Source: Lepidodermella squamata
Taxonomy: Eukaryota; Animalia; Gastrotricha
Assembly (NCBI GenBank): GCA_047495785.1
Contig: JBLDXI010000015.1
Coordinates: forward strand, 5,146,001 to 5,210,000
Length of the DNA: 64,000 nucleotides
Reading direction: 5' to 3'
The notes beneath the pieces are model-generated. The model was given only the letters and a program-made list of their open reading frames with translations. It did not search any database and was not told the origin of the DNA. The position numbers were made by a program, and so were the translations under genes. Positions 25,624 to 36,939 of the stretch are shown here, piece after piece (the first letter of the stretch is position 1; every line of letters starts with the position of its first letter).

Positions 25624-26814
25624 GTTGCTTGCGAATCAGGTTTTTTGTATCATGACACTTTTGCTTTGATTGTTGAATAACACGAGTTTTGAGATGGAAC
25701 CATGGCCCCTAACAATGAGAGTTGGTTCAAAGCGTGGTTTGCAAAGGAAAATTTGTTAGAAGCTGCATGTTCCAGCATCCTCATCTTCAATTTTAATAGG
25801 AATTTTAGGTCAATTCGAACTTTAAAAATGGTCAGTAGCAGACAATTGTTCTCAAATTGTCATCAACATGCCATAGGCATGTCTACGACGTTCTTCAGAT
25901 CTGCAGATGGATTGTTGAAGAGTTAGGTTGCAGAACTTATCTTGAACCGATTCTGGGACTTGAATTAATGCATTGATATCGCCTTGTTAACGCGAGCAAT
26001 ACATGGAACAAATATCGCAATTTATGATCGCGGAATAACTTTCGATGCTGGATTTTCGCATCAGAATCTGAACTCATCAACATCAATCGATCCATTCTTG
26101 TCGAATGTTGACAAAATGTTGGAATTAGTCAACCACCCATAGACTCTATAGAGCTTCATTTCCTCGGGCATAATTGCTGCATTTCGCGATGATGATTCGT
26201 GGATCCTGCCTCGGTCTGTCCGACCTTGCTGACTTTTTGAAGTGAAGACAGTCAATGAAACTTGCAACCACCAGCTCGACGATAAGCCGAGTTTTGAGCT
26301 ATAGCGTCGCCTACTTAAGAAGAACTACTGCCGTCTCGAAGAATGATTCTATTTCGGGATCCAGATTCAGCGCTAGCCTGAGTTTTTATTATTTAACAAT
26401 AATCCGGTGCGGTGTGTTGGGAAAATAACCAGCCATCTTTCGAAATAGAACTCTGCCCCCAGTCAACTGCCAAATGTTCATGACAACTGGCTTCAACTCA
26501 ATACTCAGAGGTGAACATATTTTTGGGAATAATTGAACCAGCGGGAATTTCGGCTCGAATTTCGGCACGTCATGTCGCTACGCATGTTCGCTCGAGCTTA
26601 ACAAAACTTGACGACTGTGCTTAAAACTGCATTTTTGAGCAACTTCCTCAGCACGCCGAGGACAATTCCTTCCTCCGAGTAGTAACTTGCCAACGTGAAG
26701 GGCTTCTCGCCGTCACCTATTGGCTGTAAACTAAAAACTCCATCTGGTAGCTTCTTGAGATCATCTCTGGCTTTTAGCAGTGCGCCATGACTTTCGATTT
26801 TGGATGCCGAACTT

Positions 26815-26909
26815 CGTATCAGAGATCGTTTACGTCACCGCACTGAGTCGCAGTTGCCTACGACTCCATCTCTGCGTCCAGGTTAGGGAATATTAACCCG
26901 ATTCCCCTT
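26815..26909 (-). pseudogene. ~95-nt 28S rRNA fragment
   Basis: Minus strand AAGGGGAATCGGGTTAATATTCCCTAACCTGGAC...CAGTGCGGTGACGTAAACGA follows the conserved LSU core (AAAGGGAATCGGGTTAATATTCC...GCGGTAACG), with hairpin GAGTCGTAG-GCAA-CTGCGACTC (GNRA loop). Confidence 0.8.
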
Positions 26910-29366
26910 AGGGAATATTAACCCGAAACCAGGCATTATAGAATTTGTTTAAGAAATCAAGCCTGCTTTCTTTGATAGCCATTTTTTGCACTGCATGCGA
27001 AAATTCATCCTCTGTATCCCTGAAGACCTTCAAGGTCTGCACCCGTGGAACCTCTCGCCCAAAGTGTTAACACCACTTCAAGGTTCAGTGCAACGAGCGG
27101 CGAACTGACAGCTTTGAGTTCACCCGAAGGCTCAGCAATTGTTAACCACTCTTTCCCATAATTTCACGACGACCACACTTTTTATTTATTTTATTGATTT
27201 AGGTAGTTTAACTTATTTTTACCTCCAATTGTTACGTTTGAATTTCTCGCCAACTCACGCCGCACCCAACTTCAAACAGCTGCCGCCTCAAAGAATCATT
27301 CGATTTCCTCGGGATTCTGACTCGCTAGCCTGGTATTTGATGATAATCTGGGATTGTTGGCAACGAAAATGCATCGGCCAGCCAGCCATCGGAGTCAATC
27401 ATTCGGAAAGGAACCCTAGCCAACTACCAAATGCCCAAGCCATGTTCAAGCACGTACTTTGCGCCGTTCTTTGATTGGTTCGATGCTGAAAATCAATCGG
27501 ACGAAGCTATAAAAGCGGGAACCCTGGCTCGGGATTATATGGCTCACTGCTCGAAATTGCCACGGTTCGATTTTAACGAAATATTATAGCGAATGTTCGG
27601 GGCCATCATTCGAAAATTGACTGTTCTGAGTCACAACCTTGGCGCATCGAGAACAATTTTTTCCTCCGAGTAGACTTACAACGAGAAAAAGTTACCCAAC
27701 ATCCTCTGTTCACTGGAAACATAGTGACTCTTCGCGATTCTTTTTGGCTTTTAGCATTGCGCCAAGCCATTCGAATTGAACTTTGTATCTGAAGTGGCCT
27801 TCAATTTACCAAAATCTATCGATCTATCGAAGTTTAGAATTTACGGCGTTATGGATCGATCTTCGGTTTTTTATGGATTGATTTCATCATTTTTTAACGA
27901 GGAAGGTTCATTTCGAAGATATAATTTGAAAGGTGAGAATAATCTAATTCCAAATCTAGCCAATGCCAAACATGTCATCTGTTTTTAATAGGTGACATTG
28001 CGAAATTGCTGAAAAATATGTCGCTTATAATCGACAACTTTGAGATTTATTCGCCCATTGAAGCGCGGTCTTGTGCGCGTTCAAAGCCCGCAAGCCATCG
28101 AAACAAAATTGCAGTTAGCCTATATGGATTTACGGATTTGCCATCTATCTTTGCTTTCTCTCTGCAAGCTGATTCAGAGATTGATGCAGTTTCATTGGAT
28201 CGATCTTTCCGAAGCTCTGCCATCAAATTAAGGATACAATTTCGAGGAAACTTGCAATTAAAGACTAAAACATTCGCGAAGGTGGCTGATACAAGCTTGC
28301 TTTGAAGGTTGCTTTGAAACAGCAGCTAATGGCTGTGGAAATCAAATGGTGAACTATGGCTACCATGGCGGTCGAAGAACTGCCATCATCGACAACCAGA
28401 ATAACAGGAGGAGACGCCAATCGAGCCGTTATGGATGGGCCGAACTGTTCGAAGCCCGGAGTAGGGCGAGAATTCGATCTTCACGTAACAGCGGTCCGGC
28501 TGGGCCGGCTGTGTATGCTGTGCATGCCTCCTCACTCCAACGGCTACATGGCCTTTTCCGTGTATACTGAATACCTTTCGAGCCTAACATGGCTACAAAG
28601 CTCCTTACAAAAGATCTACTCGGATACAATTGTGGGTACGGCGTGCGGCGATTCAGTTTGGGAGATTTAAAATTCACCCGTCTCTACTGACCGCTTTGAA
28701 ATGGCTTTGAACTGCTCAAGAACAGAATGATATGATGATGATTTTACCAGTTTATTCTTGTCGAATCGATGAAGGATTCTAATAAACTGCGCATATTGCA
28801 AAACTGATCTTTTCTTGTGTATCATATGATCGAAGGCCATCAAGGCCTTCAAAATATCTAAGAAGGCCTAATGTTTTCGATAGCAGCAGCGAAATCGATT
28901 CGGCTTTTGAAAATGGTGTTTCTTCTGAAGTGTTCAATTAGGTATTTACTGCTACTTTGGAATTCTGGATAAATGTAGTAGTAGCTAATCTCTGCTCCAG
29001 CGTTAGGGTGAATGAAGATGAAACATCCGCGGTTTGATCGGTTAAACCATCGCCTGTTATCGCGTCTGGTGCCCTCTATACGAATGCGAACACGCGCTAA
29101 TCATTATATTATACGTATAAAGAGCTATCCATTTATTACTTATGCGCGCACTCGCATTATATTATGCATGAAAGCACTGTTCATTTATTATTGTGAGTAA
29201 CATCGAACGGCATCAATTAACACGCCCTAACAATCACTGAAGGTAGTGACACTCATCAGACTTCAAGTATCTATTCCGAGGCTGATTTGCTGTTTTTTCT
29301 AGTTAAATTTGACGTTTCCCGAGTAAAGAAATGAGTTATGACCTTATGCTGCGCCACGATCGTGGA

Positions 29367-30602
29367 GTCGGTTGGAGGAAGAAGGCGAGCAAGTGTAGTC
29401 GTCTGTGTGACAACTGCGGTGGTGAAGATCATTCGACCAAGCAGTGCAAGGCCTGCCGGAAGTGCAAGGAAGTCGGGCATTGGGCCAGGGACTGTCCGAA
29501 GGACTCGGAGGCGGAGTCACGGGATGGAGACGACAAGGCGAACAAGAAGAAGGGCAAGAGATCATCAGTGAAAGCGGCGCATGCTGTGGAAGTCAAGTGG
29601 CGATCGTCGAGCTCATCGAGCTCATCGAGTGAGTCGAGCGAGTCGTGCGAAAACTTCAAGATCTACGCGACCTTGGCTAAAGGCGAAGCGGATTGGCTGG
29701 AAGGTTCGCCACCGATCTACTTGACATTAATGTTGGATGGCAAGCAGGTGAAATTTCTATACGACTCAGGAGCTGAGGTTACGGTTCTGTCGCAGGCAAC
29801 GTACTTCAAGGAGTTCGGTAACCGGGAATTCGACAAGGCGAATGTCAAGGTAGATGTGACGACGATCTTCGGCAACGGGAAGGCGATGGGCGTGTCCACG
29901 TTTGACGTGCGAGTCCCAGGTTCGATGTCTTCGTCGTTGTTAACCGCTGTCGTGGTGCCAGGTCGAGGTGAGAACTTGGTTGGAAGGAATTGGCTTCCTA
30001 AGCTGGATCTGGACTGGGATTGGATCTGTAGACAGGTAAGAACTTTCGGCTCAAGGGCGAGCGGGAACGGAAGTTATGTCACGGCGATCAAGTCTAGGGA
30101 ATCCAGGAATGTGCTTACAGCGACCGATGCAGATGCTAGGTTAGTGGTGCATGCTTCTAGCAGGGAGCTTGATGCAGATTCACAACGGGTGGAAGCGGTT
30201 TCGATCCGTTCAACAGGGGCGCTGGTGTTCTCTGGTCAAGGCGAGGAGGCGCTTGGCGCAGATTCACAGCGAGTTGAAGCGAGTTCGATTCGTTCACTGG
30301 GAACGTTGGTGAAGTCTGATCAAGGCAATGATGAAGCTACCACGGCATGGCTAAGTGCTGGTATGTGTGAATTCTTGACGAGTTGGCGATTAGGAATCGA
30401 GTCATTCGTCAAGCGAATCGCTCGATATTGGTTCGAGGCGATTTCAGAAGAACCAAGCTGCACGTTGGCTATGGAGGTTTGTAAGGCAACGGGCGACGTT
30501 GGTCGTTACAATACCTGGAGTCGAACTGCAGGATGGATGTCTTCTTGGAGGGGAAGGTGTCGAGAATGTACCGATTTTAGCATCCGGCCAAACTGGCACT
30601 AG
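29367..30602 (+). pseudogene. Gypsy gag C-terminus (two CCHC knuckles), aspartic protease and an atypical tail
   Basis: CDNCGGEDHSTKQC, CRKCKEVGHWARDC, FLYDSGAEVTVL, NLVGRNWL; the ORF runs through the PPT into the 3' LTR. Confidence 0.88.
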
Positions 30603-31193
30603 GCCAACATTCCGGAAGATTCTAATCCAGATCTTTCGATGGACTATAAATACGCGGTTTACGTCATATTTGTACATGCGATACTTTCTGATGAGTCACT
30701 TGCAATAAACTAGAGAGTTTTCCCTTCTGTCCTGTTGCGCATACACTACAATAAATTCATAATCATTGGCTGCCTTTTCGATGGTATCGAAAGGATTGGC
30801 CTAGAAGATTTATAGACAGTTTAAATGATTCGCGATCCGTTTCCCATGGGAACATGGGAAGCTTGTTCCCATTGTCGACAATGGCCATCATTCGTCTGAA
30901 TGTCTCGATTTCTCGACTGACATTTAGAAAGTTTCTCGATTATATTGTGTTATATTGTATTATGTGCCACGCATTATGGATGAAGTCGCACTTAACACTG
31001 CGTAAAATATTTCCGGTCCCATGCCCGTGATTCGCATGTAGTTGGCGAAAAATAAACCATGATTGCAACAGGAAAGTTAAGCATATTTTAGAAGTATACG
31101 AGATCAGCTTGTCAAGTTCGATAGCTTTGCCACAGATTCAACGTGAAAAATGATAATTTCGATTTGCGGTATATATGACCGGACTTTTTATCA

Positions 31194-31270
31194 CAGTGGT
31201 GCGCAAACTCGGTTTTTCCGGCCGCTTGCGGCCTGTCGAGGCATTTTTGGCGGCCGGCTGGCCCTTCGGT
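31194..31270 (+). mobile_element. Solo hAT-like terminus
   Basis: CAGTGGTGCGCAAACTCGG...CGGCCGCTTGCGGCC resembles hAT MITE ends; no partner TIR found. Confidence 0.35.
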
Positions 31271-32675
31271 TCAGTAGCATTATGTGAGGCCGGTTGAGGC
31301 TTGTGCAGTCGGTGATTTGATATTATAGGGGGAGAGAAGGTTGTCAGCTCCAAATAAATCTTCTTGAGTAATCGATAAATCTAGCCACCTTAATTTAATG
31401 GGGTAATTTTTGTAATTTTGCCTTGTAAAATGATGGCTGAAATTTGCGACTATCAAGAATCTGATCGATGGACTATCTTGCTAATTTTGGTGGGTTTGTT
31501 CCTCCTCGAATGAGAGGGTCTCGAGTTTTCAACTTTGTCTTTACCGCTATCAAATTGATAAAACGGAGAGATTTCATTAACCTTGGACCTGTTTTCTATC
31601 TGGAACACCCATTAAAAGTTGCGCTTTTAAAGTAGCGGGCGAAGAACGAAGAAAGGTGAAAGGGGGCGTGCGGCAAAGCATCTTCTATATATCTATCTGG
31701 CAAAGCATGATTATTCTACGCCGTTGCCCTTGTAACATTTTCAATCTTCATCGGAAATAATTCCGATTTACGACTCTTGGGACGATTTATCTTCGTAGAA
31801 TACGGCATGTCTTGCTCATTTCAGGTAGTTTTTTACCTGAGCAGGTTTCTGCCGAAAGCCCTGAACACACTGCTGATTTCTTATTCACCTGCTTTAGGAC
31901 CCGATTGAAACATGAGGTTTTAATAAAACCAAACCATGGCGAAGTGACGACTGCTTGACTTTTTGTAATCAGGCATGATAATGACGTCCGATTATCGGGG
32001 ATTTATTTACACAACAACGTATAATATACACTATATTTCTCGATGAGCTCCAAAGGAGGACTTGGCGACCTTTCAGAGTAAATATTGAATGGCTATACGA
32101 CTGGCGCCCTTGTGCGGCGCCGGTGTTTGATGATATAAACAGAATGAATGTATCAATATAAACACTTGTTATAATATATCATGTGTAATTATAAACATTT
32201 ACTTGACGCCTTACGTAAGTCGAGTCCTTGCGCGAAAAACGAAGACTCTAGACACGCTTCAGCTTATTGACTTATCGAGGACATGCGTTCATCCGGCTGA
32301 TGGTAAAAATTACCAAGAGCGGTAACAAGGTAACGCGAAGACGCATGTTTATATTGAATTATAAAGGGAAGGATGAGTTCTATAAATAAGTGGGAGCCGC
32401 TCGTCATCCGATGGCTCGAGTGGCAACGAGAGTCTCACCATATAAATGCAAATATATTATAAAACTTTGAGCAAATATATGTTATCATTACGCATCGACA
32501 ACGTCAACAGCATACATGATTGAGTCTAAGCGAGGCAGAAGGCTGGCAAACGCCTTGATTTTTCCCGTGTGCCACCTTCAGCCTGAATATTTTGGACAAC
32601 AGGCAGCCAAGACATGTAATTACGACATATTTTCAATTTAGACGCTTGATAATCCTGAATAAACCACAAAGCGGC

Positions 32676-33613
32676 ATGGGTTTCCCTAAGGCTTGTAAGA
32701 AAACGACAGCTTTGAGGTAATTTTGATTTGAACATTGTCTCTTACGCATTATAGTGCCATGTTGATTTTTTCAATTTTTCGCCAGTCTGATTCTCATCTT
32801 ATTGATATCTGAAATCGGATGTACATTACGTGAGTATAGCTAGCTTGTTATAGTCGCTGAACCCTTGCTACTGTATTCCTTCTTTTCTCAGCCGTTCCAG
32901 AACCACCAGTCGGCGTTCCAGACGAATTGGTTGATCTTTTTAATTTTTTGATTCAAACTGGTTCCAACATCGTAATTCTACTCGGACAAGTAAATATATT
33001 TAGATTTTCGCAGGTCCCCTGCAGAATTTATTTATCCCTAGGTTATCAGCAAATATCTGGATACTGCGTTGACAGGAACTATTCAGTCTGCTCTCATCGG
33101 CAAGCGAGGTAAAATAAAGCTTGTAATAAAGCGTGTTGATTTATTGCATCGTTTTACATCTCAGACACATCTCAGCATGAGGACATGTATGCCATCAAGG
33201 TGAGTTTTACATTATTCCAAAATGCCACAAGTTTAACCATGCTATTATCTACATTAAAGCATTCCTTCGATCAGCTGATGCTGCACATGGATAATGTCGA
33301 AAAAGAGATCACTCGGGTCGTGATTAAGAGAAGTGTGAAACATTTCTGAATTTCTACATGAGCTATTATTTTTCTATGCTTACAGCCAAGCGCGATACAG
33401 GTTCGGCAACGAATGGATCAATCCCAAATTACACTTCGGTACTCATGTCGACAATAAACACAGCATTTGCCGGTAAGCCTATCAAGAAGTAATTCACTGA
33501 TTCAAGCATACCCTCTCTGACTATTTTTGTTCAAAGCCCTTAAAGCTATCATCTCGCAACTGGCATCAATCACCTCGCAAATACTCGGGATGTACCAAAT
33601 TATTAGATACTGA
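32676..33613 (+). CDS. Secreted prepropeptide, 173 aa, 8 exons
   Basis: Exons 32676-32716, 32786-32829, 32892-32989, 33042-33108, 33165-33199, 33260-33332, 33386-33472 and 33537-33613. Seven GT-AG introns of 52-69 nt, all phase-compatible, give 522 nt from ATG to TGA. Signal peptide, GKR and RTKR sites. Confidence 0.8.
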
Positions 33614-34122
33614 TCACTCGTTTCTCGATAATCCACGTGCATGTTTTCATCGGTTTATAAGTTAAATATTGTATGACGCTATAAGATGCCTTTTTGCACT
33701 GCAATACTTTCTTCTTCTGATTGGTCAAAGCTCGATGCGCTCAGTTTTAATAAAAAGTTAATTTCGAGGCTTGTTGTAAAAGCTTTTCCAAAATTAAACT
33801 TTATTTCAAGTCTAAAAATAAAAGATAATTTTTTTAAACGAAAACGAAGCACATGCATTCCGATATTTGAAAGCTGAAAACACGGAATTTGAAAAATAAT
33901 TATCGGCGAAATCAAAGAAAGATAGATTTCGAAACATAACAATCTATGCATTTAAAGTTTCAGGAGATGAATATGCGGTAATGCGATAACTGGAAGACGA
34001 ATATAACACGTTTTCAGTGCAGAGCTGTTGGATCATGCGGATGTTGGACAGATTTTAGAAAAGTGAGAATCAAAGGTTGTAACCAGGAAAGTTGACGATA
34101 AATAAAATTGATAGCGCCGACT

Positions 34123-36376
34123 CTAGACGATCAATGGGTTTGCTCTACCAGCACTAGCTAGGGGTGAAGCAGTCAGGCTGTTCGAACGATCTGTAAAATC
34201 ACGGCCTGGACGATCTTCGTTTGTGTACCAGGAGTTGGAACGATCCAACGACTTTGTCAACAGCTGAAACAGGCATAGAATTAGCACAATGTAAACATTA
34301 ATTATATATATAAGGCGTACTGATCTCCTCTCTTCATTCGCGGTCGTGCGGTAATTTTGCTGCGGAATCTTCGGCACCGGATCACGATCGATCGGCTTTA
34401 GCGGGTGTCGGAAGCGAATTGATAAAAAGCCAGATGCGATGACGACACTTCCTATCACCCAATACGTCATATGAGGGCCTAATGCATCCATAAGAGCAGC
34501 GCTAACGAGCGGGCCCAGCGCAAGGCCTAGGTTGTAAGAGGCGACGTAAAGCCCGAAAATGGCTCCGTAATTCGCAACGTCTTGATAACATACGTCGACA
34601 ATACGAGCAAGCAGCGGAGTAATTACACACCTGTCATAATTTCAAATAAACTACCAATATAGTTAAGTATATTCGATTTCCATACGTGAAAAGTCCCAGT
34701 CCGACACGGCCGATGCAGTCAGGCAATATGACGAGCCACAATGTCGGCATGTAGGTGTAACCTATGCTACATTACATTACACATGTAGGTGCTACATGCT
34801 ACATTACCTATGAGTCCTATGCCGTAGAGGAAGAAGCCGACCATTGACAGAATCCATGGACGAATGAAATTGGCGAGGAAGAAGCCGGAAATCGTCTGCG
34901 AGCTGAGCTGAGCTGCTGCTCCGCACACCAGAATGACGCCAATCTGCCACTGATCAGCTCCGTACCTTTAAATTACAATTATTAGCCAATTTTTTCTCAT
35001 AAATGGAAAATAGCTGACTTGTCTAAAACAAAGGCAGGCGAAGTTGCCATGAGAGCGCCCAAGGCCCCGTTAATAATTAAGGATGAGAGCAAAGCGACGA
35101 CGACATCTGGGTTTGAAAGTAGGCTGCAATAGATGAACTTGGTTTCCCGTAGGCATTCTTTAGCACTACGATTCGCGTGAGGTGGTGGCGGTGTGTTCTC
35201 AGCATCGACGTAGATGCATCGCATCAGCAGGTCGAGTAACACGAGGAAGGCGAGAATAAGGAATGGGGTCTGACGTCCCGAAAAGTTGTACAATGTCGAT
35301 CCGAAAGGCATGCCTAGAAGGAGACCCAGGGTGAGGCCGTCGTAGGCCAAGCTGTTCGCCCGGTTCCGTTCAGACTCGATCGTAAACACTGATGTGAGCA
35401 ATGCAAGCCCAGCCACAACAGAAAGACTCGAGCCAACGGCCTTTTCATTCAGGAGTTATTATTATGAGTTATTTAGCCATTTATAAGGGATGAAAAACTT
35501 ACTTGAACAACTCGAGTCACGGCTAGCATCCAGTACCAGGGACTAAAAGCAAAACCGAGCGTGGCGACGAAGGTCGACATGGAGCCAACAATTAGAGGTA
35601 TGCGATGTCCATACCTTGAAAAATGAAAAGGCATAGTTCTCGCTTGCGAAATGCTTGAAATCAACCTGTTGACAATTAAACCAGATAAGATGTTGGAGAA
35701 AATCTCCGCTGCTGGTTTGAGCGAGAATAGGGTTGACATTTCAAGTGCGTAGGCCAAATAAGGATCGGTAATTTCAGCCATCTCGTCGTCCATTTCGGAT
35801 GCCGATCTATTGAAACAGTTCACTGTTTTTCCGGTTATGTTCACGTGAAATGTCGTAAAATTCAGGCGGACAAAAGATGTGTTAGAGCGGCTTAAAGAGT
35901 CGGCAAATTGATCACATACTGCAGTTGAATTGACCTGAACATGATCTCGCGGCTTATGGTGCGCACTAGCAATCATTGCGATCTTTTTATCGTCCTCTGG
36001 CCTTTGGAAGGAAAAAGCCCCCGCCAAGAAGCGTTCTGTGGCATTAGGCTGCATGACTGAGTACACCAGTGGAGGCAAAATGGGCTCTAAACCAAGCAGG
36101 AATAAATGAGAAATTTTAAGAAAGGTCAGGCGGAAACTTGCCCACTGATGTTATTAGCATGAGATCGAGCATCATGGCGATGAAAACGATTAGAACTACG
36201 AGAACCTTGGTCCTTCGGAACCTATACCAGCATCCTTTGTCATTCCTATGCCTAATGCTGCTTGGCGAAAGTTTCGTGCCGCAGGTTGATACCTCCTTCT
36301 CTTCCACTTCAGTCGCTGCTGCTTGATCGTTAGCCGACTGGTTCCTGGTAACTGAAACCGCCGGTGGGGGAGCCAT
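34123..36376 (-). CDS. SLC18A/VMAT-like vesicular MFS transporter, divergent, multi-exon
   Basis: TM1 LVVLIVFIAMMLDLMLITSV, large glycosylated luminal loop, TRVVQAVGSS, LGLLLGMPFGSTLY, YGAIFG...GLALGP. Confidence 0.85.
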
Positions 36377-36939
36377 TTAAAAAGTTAGAACGCTGGTCAC
36401 CTATGAATAAGATTATTCGCTTTTATCAGGTTCTAATACTCGGCCAAAGATTAATCGGCCAAAAAAACAAGAAAAGCTATGCACGCGCCAGCCAAATTTG
36501 ATCAGCAAACTGCGGCTCACTTTTGATTACGCAATCAAAGCACGCGATCAATCTTTCAGTGACGGCGCGTGGCAATTGCGCGCTCTTTTTTCAAGGTCAT
36601 AGTTGGTCGAGTTTCTTCGGCATGCGCCTAGCCTATTATGCCCTCGATTCAAATAACGGCAATTCAGTTTTGCACAAAATGAAACATTTATTCAACTGCT
36701 TCTCTTGCTTCGATAAAATAGTCGACTTGTTATGCAAAAAAGCGCGATTGCTAAATAGAATTTTTAATCAGTAAAGTACTCGGAATAAAGAACGTTTTAC
36801 CGCCTCAGCTACATTGTTCAATTACGCAAGAAGTATATTTCATAAGACATGAGAATTCAAGAGGTTCAGTTTTTGCTATTATTCCAGTTTTGACACCGAG
36901 GATCCTTATTCAGAACACTATTCATAATTCAGCTATTTC

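Larger units (their letters stand above)
24300..28900 (-). pseudogene. Decayed protein-coding cargo of unknown family with an internal ~0.5 kb duplication
   Basis: Protein-like minus-strand frames broken by stops and frameshifts; duplicated blocks conserve minus-strand peptides (YSEEGIVL/YSEEKIVL, GALLKA/GAMLKA, NRIILRDGS/NRMIL*GGS). Boundaries approximate. Confidence 0.45.
23058..29362. mobile_element. 6305-bp TIR element of unassigned superfamily carrying cargo
   Basis: Perfect 27-bp TIRs CGATCGTGGCGCAGCATAAGGTCATAA (23058-23084, 29336-29362); TSD TGGA (23054-57, 29363-66); removing it restores the gag reading frame. Confidence 0.92.
22400..30750 (+). mobile_element. Ty3/Gypsy (Mag-like) LTR element, gag-protease only, 5' LTR truncated, interrupted by a TIR element
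   Basis: 3' LTR 30558-30750 (TGT...ACA, TATA, AATAAA) preceded by PPT GGAGGGGAAGG. Its last 37 nt are identical to 22400-22436, which is followed by PBS-like TGGCGACG (tRNA-Ser type). No RT, RNase H or integrase between protease and PPT. Confidence 0.88.

Noticed and set aside
31710-31824. Opsin-like ECL2 peptide GRFIFVEYGMSCSF followed by a donor-like site
   Set aside because: Short match only, with no acceptor or flanking TM exons; likely chance.
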